Assembly: GCA_050575255.1 (NCBI GenBank)
Contig: JBNZDD010013628.1
Coordinates: 2,822,774-2,886,773 of the forward strand
Source: Harriotta raleighana
Lineage: Eukaryota
Reading direction: 5' to 3'
Length of the DNA: 64,000 bases
The notes under the pieces were generated by a model. That model worked only from the letters and a program-made list of their open reading frames with translations, was not told the DNA's origin and made no database searches. Shown here in pieces: positions 37,954-50,660 of the stretch; positions within the stretch are counted from its first letter, which is position 1, and each line of letters opens with the position of its first letter. The position numbers were made by a program, and so were the translations under genes.

Positions 37954-39298
37954 CAGTTAACCCCTGGCGATCGCGGGGGTTACGTTCCTGGAAAACTGCG
38001 CACTCAACAAAATTGCGTTGGAGAAGCTTAAGAACTAATGGGAAAAGGGGTGTTAGGGAATCCAGTCGCAGGCTCAAGCCTCCAGCCCATCCGATGCTCC
38101 CACCCTTCCCCCCCCCTCGCCCTCAACATTTTCCCTTGCTCGGGTCCTGAACCAATCTGTCCAGCGCCTTGGGACGTCCTCCTGATGTGAAACGCGCTCT
38201 AGAAGTGTAATTTTGTTGTTGTAATTTTGTTGTTGTTGCTCCCCTCCCCCACTCTTCCTGCTCTCGTCTCTCCTACCACCCTGGAAGTGGGCAAATCAGG
38301 GCAGCCTGGGAAGAAGGCAGAGAGAAATCGGGGAGAGTGGTGGGTGGGGGAGGGAACAGAGAGCAGCTCGGAGGCAGGGCGGACTCCGGGAGGCGGGGGG
38401 GCAGAGAGCCGATCGGGGGCGGGGGGGGGCAGAGTGCTGCAGGCAGTCGGGACGGGAGAAGCAGAAAAGTTACAGCGGCTTTGTTATCGCTTTATTGCTG
38501 TAATAAAGTGATAACAAAGCAGTACAGCAATAAAAAAAAGCAATAAAACTACAGGGTAGATTAGATTACATTACTGTACGATCCTATCTTTCTCTCTGTC
38601 TCTTCTGTTTCTAATGCAATGCAATAGGACTGAGGCTGAAGCGTTATCGTATTTACCCATGGAGCTCCTGTGGCTCAGTGGTTAGAGCACTTGCCTTTCA
38701 AGAGTGAGACCTGTGTTCGAATCCAGGCAGATCAGGGCGAAACCTTGGGCAAGTTTCCTTACTCCACATGTCTAATAATAATCCCTCCAAAAATCCACAG
38801 TAATAAAATTGGTCATTTCAATCCACGACTGTTTGTGTGGGGGACGCTGCTGTGCGCAATTGGCTGCCGCATTCCGCCCACAAATATACAGTCAATTCAC
38901 TTTACAGTATATTCTGTGAAGCGCTTTGGGACGTTGATAAGATGTGAAAAGCGCTATATCAAATGCAAGGATTATTATTATTATTATTATATTATTATTA
39001 TTACATATAATTATCCAGGAATGCATTGTGCGCGGGGCCAGACAGCCAAGGAATCATTGGCGTTAATCTGGATCTGACGGCCTCGTCAAAAATACGTATG
39101 TCCACGGGACGAACCAGCCGAGGAATCATCGGATTTAGTTGGGAGCTATCGGTATCTTCACATGTGCACATGCTCACAGGGGCCAGCCAGTGTGTATACA
39201 CAAGTTTTACACGCAGGGCACAAAAAAGCGATGCTTTTGTTTTGTCGCGTATACTTGAATACGCAATCGATAAAGTCGCCTTCGACGAGGGTTCACTG
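37954..39298. mobile_element. Tigger-like non-autonomous DNA transposon carrying nested L2-tail (about 38160-38240) and SINE (38661-39003) insertions
   Basis: Left TA|CAGTTAACCCCTGGCGATCGCGGGGGTTACGTTCC; right end reverse complement CAGTGAACCCTCGTCGAAGGCG. CpG-rich interior. The TIR match is imperfect. Confidence 0.55.
38661..39003 (+). mobile_element. tRNA-derived SINE, best-preserved copy, with an L2-like 3' tail
   Basis: A box TGGCTCAGTGG at 38671-38681, B box GTTCGAATCC at 38715-38724, 3' gtgaaaagcgctatatcaaatgcaagg followed by a long (ATT)n. Confidence 0.9.
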
Positions 39299-40382
39299 CA
39301 CATTTGGCCTACAGTTAATCTTCCAAAATTGCTGAAAAGCTCCTATGAGATTCCAAAAGCATAGCTATCTTTCAGTCTCACTTGAATAATAATCCTAGGA
39401 TTTGACACAATACCTTTCATGTCAAGAGGATGCCTCACAGGGTTCATTGGGAAATGTCGCTGAACTTGGTAGCTAATCTGTGCCCTACAATATCCCATGA
39501 TCCGAATGACCAATTTTATCTGGAGTTTTGTTGGCCAGGGAATCAGGTGAAGTTCTTTTCTTTTTAAATAGTGGCATGAGATCTGTTTTTTTTTAAAAAA
39601 AAGATTGCTGTTAATCAGATCAATAAATCTTGGAGGATTAGATCATTCCATGTGAGGCAAAATCCTCAAATGACTAGAATGGACAATTAAATGGACAATT
39701 TTAAACTCGATTTTATACTCGAGATCAACGGATATGCTGATATATTCAATGTTAACCTATTTGGAACACAATGTTAAATGCACATAGTATTATAATTGTA
39801 TTAGTGATTTTTGAATTAAGGCTGGTGTGCAATTTTCCCTGCATAAGATTGGCTGCCATGCAGCTGCGTCATTAATATTGTTATCAAATAGATTGTTTTC
39901 CATAAGGTATTTCTGCTGAAATCTATGGGAAACAAAAGCAGAAATCACAGCTTAAGGAATTTTTCAACTTGCTGATGGTGAATCTGAGTGACGCTGAACT
40001 AATCATTTTATTAGCATTAGGGGGATGGAGTGAGAAAGGAAAGTGAGAGAAAGAAAGAAAAGGAAACTAAGAAAATTAGTTGGGCCCTCAATTGTTTTTA
40101 CAAATATCATTCTCCTGTTTTTCTGCCTCACTGATGGGGAACTCTCCAGTCAGAGTGAAGGATTCTCACGGGATTTTCAATGCAAGACTGAGATGACAAG
40201 TTCTCAGTTTGGGTTTCTGCATTTTTCTCGACAAAAAGCAAAACTGCCTCGAAAATCAACTTGTAATAGCTATTCAATTATGTTCAGAATCACATTTGCT
40301 GAATCAAAGCACAACTGTTATCTTGGAGTCGAACGTGTTATCTTCCATTTGAATAATGAACTTTGCCTAATAAAGTACAGTA

Positions 40383-40797
40383 CAGTAAAATTCCGGTAAT
40401 CCGGTAAATTCGGGACTAGGAGGTCCGGATTAGCAAATATGACGGATTATTGGACGTCACATTTAGGGATGGGAGGATTTGAGTGTACTGTGCTCTTATC
40501 TATGTTACATACCTGTATAGTGAATACCAGAGCTCTCCCCAGCCCATCGGAGCAGGCAGTCTGCCTAAAGAGGCATCTCACCCGGCAAAAGATAATAAAA
40601 ATTAAAAATTGCGCATTCGCACTTATTAAATGTGACGTCAGTGACGGCCCCCCGAGGAAAATGCACCGAGTGGTGTGAAGGCTGTCTGGGAAGAGATCCG
40701 CATAGAGACGCGCATATTGGAAAAAGACGGACCGTCGCACATGCCGAACTATAAAGCATTCTGGATTAACAGGTGCCAGATTAAAGGAATTTTACTG
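40383..40797. mobile_element. Tigger-like MITE with TA target-site duplication
   Basis: TA|CAGTAAAATTCCGGTAATCCGG ... CCAGATTAAAGGAATTTTACTG|TA. Confidence 0.85.
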
Positions 40798-40994
40798 TAC
40801 TACCTAAACAATAATTTTCGTCATTTTATTATCTTAAAGTCTTTTAGATGTATAATTCACTATTTTAGAAGCCAGGATCAAGAGGATTATGGGGTGTTTT
40901 GGACTGTACAATTTGACTTGGTCTCCAATTAATTTCTCTTTACCTCCCTCTATAATAATACACACCTTGGTAGAGAGCCTGATGATGTCATTGA

Positions 40995-41365
40995 GATGTT
41001 TTAAAGCACTTTACAGAATTCACTGTAAAGTGTATTAACTCTATTTTGTGGCCAAAACACACCTGTCAGTTGCACACACTAATGTCCCTCCAAAAGCCAT
41101 GGAGCGAGCAACCAATTTTATTGGAGAGATTGTTGACCCAGTCACTGAGTGAAACTCCCTTCTCTTTCCAAATTGTGCCTGGAATTTTGGCAGTGGGGAA
41201 CTCAGTTTAAAGTCTCATCCAAAGGTCAGCACCTCTGACAATGCAACCTCCCCCACCAGCACTGCATTGGTGTGTCGACACCGACTATGTGATTCTAAGT
41301 CCTAATTTGGGGCCTCAACCCACAACCTTCTGACTTACAAGTCAGAGCGCTGCCACTGAGTTAAG
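40995..41365 (-). mobile_element. DeuSINE-like SINE
   Basis: ctcagtttaaagtctcatccaaaggtcagcacctctgacaatgca..actgca is the reverse Deu domain; tRNA-like head at about 41310-41365. Confidence 0.7.
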
Positions 41366-42279
41366 CTTTTGCACAACAAGTCTCTGATCAAGAAACCCAC
41401 TGTGTGGAGAATCATGGGTGCAAAAGTGATAGTGAGTAGCCCACAATAAACAATTAAATACAATTTCACATTAAAAAAAATCTTTAATGCAAATCAACCC
41501 GCTATAATACCTTTCTGCAGTATTAATCGAGTAGGTAGTAAACTTGCTTTCATCACAGAGCTGGTATAATTGCACTTAACAATATCATAGTACAGTACTA
41601 ATCCTGCCCACTAGAGAGTTTGACCTTCAAGACCCTATTACTAATACACAAATTAAGTACCCAGAGCTCAGATAGGAAGGATTACAGGGCAATGACTGTA
41701 ACCAATCTGTGCACCCAATTAGTTTAGAAACAAAATGTAGATATGGGATAAATCATCTGCCTCAATTAACTGAAGTAGTCAAATGTTTGTGATTCATATT
41801 TAACAATAATGAAGTAAAGGTTGGCCTGTCAAACACTGAATTTCTCAGGTTCAATTATTTTGGTGAACTATTGAAAATAATCACCCCCCTTCTCCAGATT
41901 CCTTTGACATATTTCCTTTCATCCATTCTTTCTTTTGTGGTTTGATGGAAAACTTTGGCTTTTAGATCTAAAACTATCTGGGAGTTCTTTGCGATTAAAT
42001 CTCCGCATAAAAGGATAATCTATCTGAAATTTGAATGTTATACATACTATTTATCTGAGATTTTTTTCCCATTTCATTGGATTTACCATGGATTAGTAAG
42101 GAATTATGTTGCTCATGTTAATTAATCGCTGCAAGATGAGCAGCAATTGCTCTCTTCTGCATAGAAGCATGCAATGCACTGAGGTTTTTAAGCGTTCATT
42201 AAACACAATCCATGGATGCACACTCCACCACACTGAGCTAGTCTGATACTGTGGCATCTTATTTGACCCTCAACTATCC

Positions 42280-42900
42280 TTTCTACCCCACATATGTGCA
42301 ATGACATGATCTGCCTTCCCCCACGTCCCAACAATGCTTAGCTCCGCCGCTATCACAGCACAGGCTGCCAAAACTCTCATACATGGATTCATAACATCGA
42401 GGCTTGACTATACAAACTGTTATTGGCCTCCCCAGCTCCTCCATCCACAGGCAGCAGATGATTCAGAAAGCTGTCGCCCATGTCCTCTCCTGCACTAGGC
42501 TCCATGACCCTATCATCCCCATCCTCACCTGACTCCCCTGGCTTCAAAAACTTCCATGACCTAAATTCTCCTACCTTTGTGATCTCCTAATCCCCTAGCA
42601 ACCTGTCTGCTCCCTCCACTCAGCAGATCCAGCCTGTTTCACGTCTTCCGCCTTGTCTGCCCCTCCATTGGCAGGCAAGCTTCCAGTCACTCTGCTCCCA
42701 CCCTCTGGAATCCCATCCTGCAGGCCCTCCACATCATCCTATCCCTCGCCACCTTCAAGACCCAACTCAAGACTCTACTCTTCGACTGTGCTTTGATCAA
42801 CCCTTTTCCCTCCCAGCCCTCTAACATCCCCGATCCCTAGCTCAGGTTCAAAATACTGCCTGACCAGCATCTTGAGGTACAAATGTAACAAAATTATTTT
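42280..42900 (+). mobile_element. L2 LINE 3' fragment
   Basis: gctgccaaaactctcatacatggattcataacatcgaggcttgacta translates to AAKTLIHGFITSRLDY; ends in aaatgtaa. Confidence 0.75.
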
Positions 42901-45249
42901 GTGGTCTGATATAAAAATCAGACCCAAAGCTAATCAGAGCTAATAATAATAATCCTTGCATTTGATATAGCACATAGCCAAATCAGGAAGCAGAACGTTG
43001 GAGAGGGAAGCTGGTTTAAGGGTCAAACTGAATAGCTAGCGACTGGGTTCATTCACTGTGTTTTACAATGTGATAATGAAGAGATCACACATCAGTTTTC
43101 GCCCCATTACTTTTCATGGAGAAAAAGTTCTCTGGAAAGAACAGCGTCATCATTAGTAGCTGTTGCTGGGATTGTCTCAATGTGAAGAAACGGGAACGAG
43201 CTTTGACAATTCCAAACCCATAAAAATATCAGGTGCCTTCTCGTAAGATGAAATACTGCTTTTTATAATTAAGTTGGTGATCGATAGAATTTCTGGTTGA
43301 CCTCATGTAATGGGTGCTGTTTGCAAGCCTGGGCCCATGTCAGCAATCACAACTGCCCCTGAAGGTGAATATAAAAACTGTCCAGAGATTGATCTGCCAA
43401 ACACTTTTAACACAGAAACAAAGTAGCTGTGCAATTTGTCAAAACTTTGTCAGTTTTCAATTTGTGTAGTATCTCACACAGCACATTTCAGATCTACAGC
43501 ACTTTCATCAAATGACTGAAATGAGATAAATTTAATTTCCCCTATAAAGTATATATCTGAATTGATTGTGTTGCCTTTAATAGGGTTCAGTGATGCCTAG
43601 TTAGAAAGGGGTGAAATAAATTGGCAGCCAAATAATTCACTATCAGAATATTCTCTATTCCACTTCACTAAATTTACTCATTTCTTAAATCAAAGTACAG
43701 TACTGGGACTGATGAATTTTCCCTTTACGGCTAATGATGGGATTAGAAAATAATACTACATATTATCTAGAGCCAGGCAGGTACAAAATTTTGCTCTAGA
43801 ATTAGCTATGTTATTCAAAAATTCAGTCAGGTAACAGTTTGTCTATGGGTGGCCTCAACCTTTCACAGCTTTGATTGAAGTGCAGCTCATGGCACTGAAC
43901 GTGATCAGTTGCTCATCCAGCTACAGGTGATGGGTTGAGGCAAGATGTATATCAGGGAAATTGTATGGTTTGTTCTCTGGTATGGAAAGGGAGATACTGG
44001 CTCCAGGTATTGAATTCGATTGACACAGGGACCAACTCAACTGTTGGCTGATGAAAACAGAAAAATAATTCTGCTCATTGCAAAAAATATCTCGCCACTC
44101 AGTGCCAGTTTGCCTTCAGAATCAGTGCAAAACTCTACTTAGAGTAAGACTACAAACAAGGTAGCTTTCAGGACCTTAGGCTCTCTATATACTCTATATA
44201 AATACATATACAGAGCCTAAGGGAAATCATGGATAGTTTTGCAACATAAATAATATATATATTACATACACACACACAGTTTTCTAAAAACAGTATACTG
44301 TATACAGCTGGGTTACTATTAGGGTGAACAAATTATTACAGTTCCAGAAACTTAAGGCTTAAGTGTTCCACAGACACATTTCCTGGCTTTGTCCCAGTGC
44401 GGCATTTTCTTCATGTCAGATTGACCACAGTGATGTCTGGGCTTCAACATGTCACCTTCAGTAGCTTTATTACTGTCTAGATATTTTCCCCCGTATGACA
44501 AAGAACGCATTTTTGTTTATCCCAATCAATTAAGAGTTAAGCATTGCATTATCGATCTTGAATTTACCACAGGAATAAAGATACAAGCAACTCTTGGACA
44601 TGAGAAGTTCAAAACAATTGTTCGGTAAATGGCAATCAGCTTTCAGAAATCGGATGCAAATCTGACTTCAGATGAATTGAGAAGACTTAATGCTTCCCAT
44701 CTTTGTGTAGGTCACAATGTAAACCCACAATTTTAGGCCCCACCTTAAGCCATAGTACAAAGAGATTTGTTGCTAAACTATCCACGATTTCCCCATTTAT
44801 TTTGACATCATACAGATAATTTGTGGGTCAAGTCTTAGATCAATGCAAGTCTACAAAAATAAGGCTCATTTTGCAGCAAACTTGGGTCAAAGATTGTGGC
44901 AGACTAAACTGATTTGTTAAAACTAATCTCAGTCTGCTGCTCTAGGAAAAACTTATCATGACTTTGCTCCCAGTTTAAACAGTGCCAAACTTGCATTTGC
45001 TTCCGACAGGTCAAGACGTCTTCAACTTAAGTTTCAAATGGTCAAACAGACCAGGAAACCTTCCTTTCTAAATTTAAATACAACAACAAGCCAAAGGATC
45101 TTGTGTATAATGATCAACATGTTCCAATGCACTGATCTCCTCCTGTGAAAGACCTCCAAAGCTATTGAGATCTGCCTGGGTCAGACAAGCACAGTTGACA
45201 TCTACTAGACTTGTTATAGACTTGACATTAACTCCTGCTACTTTCCATC

Positions 45250-46142
45250 CTGACATCCCTTTGCCCCCATTTCTCTCTTCTCCCTCTTAAACACAATCAC
45301 CCACTTGAAGATCGCCATCTGCTGCCTCGACTCCCCCCACCCAGCTCCTCCCGAAGTCCTGGTACGCATTGTTGCAGGTCAACTTCAGTCAACTTGTACT
45401 TTCACTCCCTCCTCGAGCCCCTGCAGTCTGGTTTTCACCCTATCTACTGCACAGAGACAATGTTTGTCAAAGTCACAAATGCCATCATCTGTGAACAGGC
45501 CTCTATCTGCCTCCTCACCCTCCTGGATCTCTCTGCCTCATTTTACACAGTAAAACATACCATCCTTCTCCACTACCTCTCCTCCCTCAACCACCTTAGT
45601 GGGATGGTACTCACATGGTTTGAGTCCTACTTAATCAACCATCTCCATTTCATTTCAGCAAATGTTTCCTCCATCCATACCCCAGGGCTCCATCCTTGGC
45701 CCTCTTCTTTTCCTAGTTTATATGCTCCCTCCCTCCGGGCAATGGGAATCACGGATAGAGGATAAACTTCCACATGATCTTCCACAACCCAACTGTCCTT
45801 CCTCCCCCACATCCAGTCCCTGACCAGGACTGCCTTCACCTCCACCACATTGCACACTCCGACTGTACCTTTCTCCAATTGCAGCCCAAATCCTTGTGCA
45901 TGCGTTTGTCATTCAAAACTCTGCCGCCCGCTTACTTACCTGGGCAAAATTCCTTTCCCATACCTCACCAGTTCTGGCCAGGCTCCACTGTCCCCCATCA
46001 CCAAACAGAATGACTTCCCAAGTGAAAATCTTCTTCTTTGACCAGGCTTACGGCTACCTCCCACCCCCATCCCTTAACCCCTAGCTTGGAGTCAGGCTCT
46101 GCCACTGTTATGGAGGGCACTATGGAAGTGCATGTTGATGTT
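45250..46142 (+). mobile_element. L2 LINE fragment (RT to 3' end, with deletions)
   Basis: ORF 45394 reads LLEPLQSGFHPIYCTETMFVKVTN..LLDLSASFYTVKH..LTWFESYL. Confidence 0.85.
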
Positions 46143-46249
46143 GAATTTCACCTTGAAAGTCACATTTTTTTCAATTGATTGTACTGTTCTCATTGCAATA
46201 AAGATGGGTAAGCTAACCATAGTAACTAACACCTAACCTAACCATAGTA

Positions 46250-46679
46250 CAGTAAAAGCCTGTGTATCCAGCACCCATCCAAACGCTCGACCAAATGGCA
46301 CCTCCCAATACAATTCCCCATTCAAATAACCCGAGCCATCCAGCACACTCTCAGTGGTGCATTCAGTGAGTCAGTTCTTAGCACTTTAAGAGGAAAAACC
46401 AACAGTGCCCCTTTAAGCCACTACCGTCCGCCACTGTAGAAATTTGCTTTGTGATTGTGTGCTGTGTTTATAGATTGTGATCGATATTTATTGCTTTATT
46501 GGTAAGGATCCATATAATATTCTGTTATTATTTAGTCTATTATTAATAGAGTATGTTTAAAAAAAAAAGGGGGGGTTTTGTGTTGGATTTTCGGCAGCCT
46601 GCCGTCCGAACACCCGGCATATTCAACTAACTGACACCAGCGAGGTTCCTGAGGGTGCCAGATATGTGGGCTTTTTCTG
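46250..46679. mobile_element. Tigger-like MITE, same family as 29631
   Basis: TA|CAGTAAAAGCCTGTGTATCCAGCACCC ... GGGTGCCAGATATGTGGGCTTTTTCTG|TA; internal ttggtaag..atccata..aatattctgtta shared with about 29850. Confidence 0.8.
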
Positions 46680-46944
46680 TACATTAAAGGATCACAAACA
46701 TCAATCGAATGTTCCCCCAGTTGAGTATGTCTCCAAATAATTTCTTGATGTCACACACAATATCTGTCCCCCACACTCCACCAGGAGCGATCAGCTTGAA
46801 AACTGGCGAAGTACTCAGTGGCTATAATAGCATGCAATGAGTGACTTAATGGGTTATTTGTTGGATATTGCTACGCGCAGATTGGGTGCCCTTTGCCTAC
46901 AAAACATACTGTGCTGTGAGCTATTCTCCCAAAGTGAACGGTGC

Positions 46945-47213
46945 AATAAAATTAAGGGTCAGCCTTTTAGAACAGAGAAGCATTTCTTCACTGAGAGGCT
47001 AGTGAATTTATGGAATTCACTACTCTAGAAGGCTGTAGATGCTCAGTCCTTGAACATTTTCAAGGCTGAGAATGATAGATTTTTTTAAAAATAGAGGGAT
47101 TAAGGGATATGGGGATAGGCAGGTAATTAGAGTTAGGTCCAAAGATCAGCCATGATCTTATTGAATGGCAGGGCTGAATGACATACTCCTGCTCCTAATT
47201 CTTATGTTCTTAT
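46945..47213 (+). mobile_element. CR1 LINE 3' end
   Basis: Reads KIKGQPFRTEKHFFTERLVNLWNSL; tail ctcctgctcctaattcttatgttctta is the reverse complement of the 31205 tail. Confidence 0.85.
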
Positions 47214-47819
47214 ATCAAATTCAAAGATTAGTATAGAAACTGAGTTTATACTCAGGGAGTTTGTACTCCCTGCAAGAAAGTATGTTGAAAAGGCAACGAT
47301 GGAAATGGCACCAGAAAACAATGTCAGAAGTCAAACTCAAGTCCAAACTCTGTCACATCATCTGGTTTTCTTATACAGTAATCTGAATTACACTGGCATT
47401 CGACATGAGATTTCACTTTGAACTGCATCTGCAGTTTAATTCAGCAGAGAATTTTTTATTTCCAGCTCTCAGATCTTGAAATCCTAATTAAGCCAAGGCT
47501 CAACAAGCAGTTACTTCTGTAATGAGTTCCTTTAATATCACTGGTGAGAATTTTTTTTTGTGTTAATCTTTACTATAATGTTTTAGTAATCTCTCGGATT
47601 GTACTTACTTTGCAATTTGTGTCTCTCCTCTAGTGCAGGGTCTCAAGCTACACTGAGTGAGACCACTGAAGTTAAGACTCATTGGTTAGGTCTGTGATGG
47701 GAGTGCTTAGGAATTTTAAAATCAACTGCCTAACACAGCAATAGGGTGCTTTATGTGACTACAATTACAGTATATCATGTGAAGTGCTTGAGATGTCTTC
47801 CCAATTCAAAAAGTGCTAC

Positions 47820-48310
47820 CTAATAATAATATTCTTTGCATTCAACATTTTACTGCTAGGCAAACAGAACTAAGGAACTAAGGAAACTTGTGTGGAACTA
47901 AGGAAACTTATCCAACGTTTTTCCCTCCTGGCAATTAAACCCAGGACCTCTCGTTTGCGAGGCGAGTGCTCTAACCACTAAGATGCAGGATTCCAAATGC
48001 AGAGATCAACAGATCAACAGGTTCTGGATATTGCTAAAATATTGTAACCTTAGGGAAGTTTGTTTGTTTACTCCACATGCCTCATTTTACCTGGCAGTAA
48101 CAAGGACCCATTTGATGTTTGATTGGCGGATCGCTTTTCCGGGGCTAAATACAATGGTTTGTGGGACAGTGATATGCGCAATTTGCTGCCGTATTTCATT
48201 CAAAAAATACAGTCAATCCACTTTGCATTATATTCTGTGAAGTACTTAGAGATACGTGAACGATGTGATAAGACGCAATATCAAATGCAAGGATTATTAC
48301 ATTATTATAA
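47820..48310. mobile_element. Two tRNA-SINE pieces head to head (minus about 47820-47985, plus about 48040-48310)
   Basis: gcgagtgctctaaccactaa is the minus-strand head; the plus-strand body ends aaatgcaaggattattac. Confidence 0.65.
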
Positions 48311-48823
48311 TTCAACTCTTTTTTTACCCAAGGTTTAAATAAACCAATTCAGGAACCAGTAACAAAAATATCCTCAGTTCAGTGTTCTAAAATCAAACTT
48401 CAGTTATTAAATCTCTAATTGTCCTCCTTTTGAAAGAGATTTCAGTTTTAACATGATCATATGTTCTGTAATATTGTTTTCAAGTCCTTATACACTCCTA
48501 CCTATGTACGCCTCCACTTACAGTTCCAACTGAGTAAACTGTTTCTGGTGGTTAGTTATTTTTCAAACCAGGAAACCAACAATTAAAATTACTTCAGAAA
48601 AGAATCACTGCTAGGTCATCTCCCACGCACAAACACTGGTTTCTCCAGTCAATCCTTGTATATCACATAGATTGACAAGATTTCACTTTGGTCTAATCCT
48701 ATGTCTACGTTTTGTGAATCTGCATTGTGTTCATGGGATGGCCATCGGAAAGGTAAACCATCTCTCTGTATCGTGGGTAAAACTGAACCATGACACACCT
48801 GTCTTCATTTTCAGAGAATAGTA

Positions 48824-49076
48824 CAGTAAAACCTGGGGTATCCGATCAACCGGATTGCTCAAATGCTGTTTTACCAATTTTTTCCCGACTGTGCTGGAAT
48901 GCTTTATTAGTAAGTATCCATACAATAGGCTGTTACTATTTAGTGTATTATTAACATGGTATGTTTTAAAATAAGTTAATTTTTTATGTTGGGTTTTTGG
49001 CAACTTGTCCCCCATTTATCCAGCACAGTCAATTAGTCGAAACCCCCGAGCGGGCCGGATAAACAAGGATTTACTG
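48824..49076. mobile_element. Internally deleted Tigger-like MITE, same family as 29631
   Basis: TA|CAGTAAAACCTGGGGTATCCG ... CGGATAAACAAGGATTTACTG|TA; gtcaattagtcga is shared with about 29973. Confidence 0.85.
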
Positions 49077-49845
49077 TATAAGGATATACTAGCTTTATAT
49101 CTGGGTTTCCACCTGCAGGAATTCAAGAAATTGTGAGGTTGTGGTTCTATTAGCACAAAAAAATTGGTTCAATAGTTATAGTGAAATGAACACTAGATAG
49201 GAGGAACCAGTTTAAAAGCAGGAATCAAACTGAAAGCAAACGTTTAACAGTAATTTGTTATCCAAACCTTCAGAATGAGGTTGATATTCCCCCCATTAAA
49301 CCAGTATTTTTCATGTTGTGTAATTAAAATATGTTTGAGCCTCCATTGCTGGCTTGGTGGATGCACAATAACTCTGTATCTTGCAGGGGTAAAAGATGGC
49401 ATGAGATCTCACAGCACACTGATTCTTCAGATCACAAATTATAAAGAAATTCAACATCTCCTACAACACCAAAAGGCTAATACTGGAACATTATACAGTA
49501 CCCAGCTCTACTCTTGCGACAAAGCATAGAACATTCACATAGCAAAGTCACAAATGATAGAAAAGATACCCTTATTTCGAACACAACGTTCACATCAGTT
49601 TAAACGAGAGTTGTTTGTGAACGCACAGAGCACGGTTTTCAGTGAATCAGCAAGATCAACCAATCTCGGTATTCAAATCTAGGTCAGAGTTGGTAAATAC
49701 AATGATCCTGGTGGTGTAAAATCAGAGTGGGATTATCCTGGAATTAGGAGTTTGCTGTGATGTCAATGTGGAGATACAGCAGTACAATCCCATAGCAGCC
49801 CAGCTCATTCAATAATACCCTACCCTGAGTTTTTGATAGACTTAC

Positions 49846-50006
49846 CACTCCAATAGAAAAGTAGTTGTTGATGATATTGTAAGGCACGGGATCCCCTTTT
49901 TCTTCTTTGTTGCTTGGAATCACCTCAAAGTTCCACCTATCAAGCATGACCAATGTGCTGTTCTCAATGACCCTGAGGATCTTCATCAGGCTCTCCCCTT
50001 CATAGC
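49846..50006 (-). CDS. DGKB: DGK coding exon, end of DAGKc and start of DAGKa: (G)[53 protein letters not shown]
   Basis: Seen: acceptor cttttttgtgaag|GC, donor GGAGTG|gtaagt; 161 nt, phase 1 to 0; overlaps ORF 49744..49986. MLDRW and NNYFSIGV are DGK signatures. Confidence 0.95.
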
Positions 50007-50289
50007 CTTCACAAAAAAGAGAGTTGAATCATTCATTAGTGTCCAACCAGCAGCAGTATTCAGAGGTAAAATATTGTAGACAGCAAGAATCTCGGAATTA
50101 AAGGAATTAATTTTAAAGTAATTAAACGAAGGGGTGGATTTACTTACATTTTGGATTTCAGAATGTAGGTCACATAAAAATTGCTTTGAAAGGAGTATAA
50201 AGTACATGTATGCTTCTAAATATGTACAGCATTAGATCGTTAGAATTATAATAGGTCTGAAGAGGCTAAACTGTGATGTTTAGCCTCTG

Positions 50290-50660
50290 TGACAAAATGC
50301 CACATAAGAGACTTGTAAGGAAAATGGAAGCCCACGGTATTAAAGGGACAGTTGTAGCATGGATCCAGAGATAGAAAGCAAAAAGTTGTGGTGAAGTGTT
50401 GTTTTTCTGACTGCAGGGAAGTGGCATCCTAGAGAATTCATGGAGAATTGTAAAGGTGTGAATGCTCGGCCCTAGAAATTTGTGAAGGCGGAGTCAAAAG
50501 GGATATTTAAAAAGAGAGAAATATTTGAGTATGTGAGCAATAGAGGTATTAAAGGAAATTATAAAAGGATACTGGTTGTACAGATCTGTCAGGATCTAAT
50601 ATGTTCATGAACAGGCCTAATAGTCTGAATGCCCTCTTCCCATTCTAACCTCCTATGATA
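50290..50660 (+). mobile_element. Decayed CR1 fragments
   Basis: gacaaaatgccacataagagacttgtaaggaaaatggaagcccacggtattaaaggg translates to DKMPHKRLVRKMEAHGIKG. Confidence 0.65.

Larger units (their letters stand above)
1..49845 (-). other. DGKB: Very large DGK intron (more than 49.8 kb, continues past the window start)
   Basis: GT donor at 49845-49844. A manual scan found no DASIAHRFH..EKFNSR exon in 1-49845. The absence was judged by eye only. Confidence 0.7.

Noticed and set aside
38661-38735. tRNA-like sequence with A and B boxes
   Set aside because: It continues into a SINE body and tail found in many copies, so it is not a tRNA gene.
41825-41855. Minus-strand PEKFS resembling the HPEKFNSR exon
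   Set aside because: The flanks do not encode DASIAHRFH, a stop follows and there are no splice sites.
49744-49845. ORF extension beyond NNYFSIGV (VSLSKTQG...)
   Set aside because: This is read-through past a consensus GTAAGT donor and is intronic.
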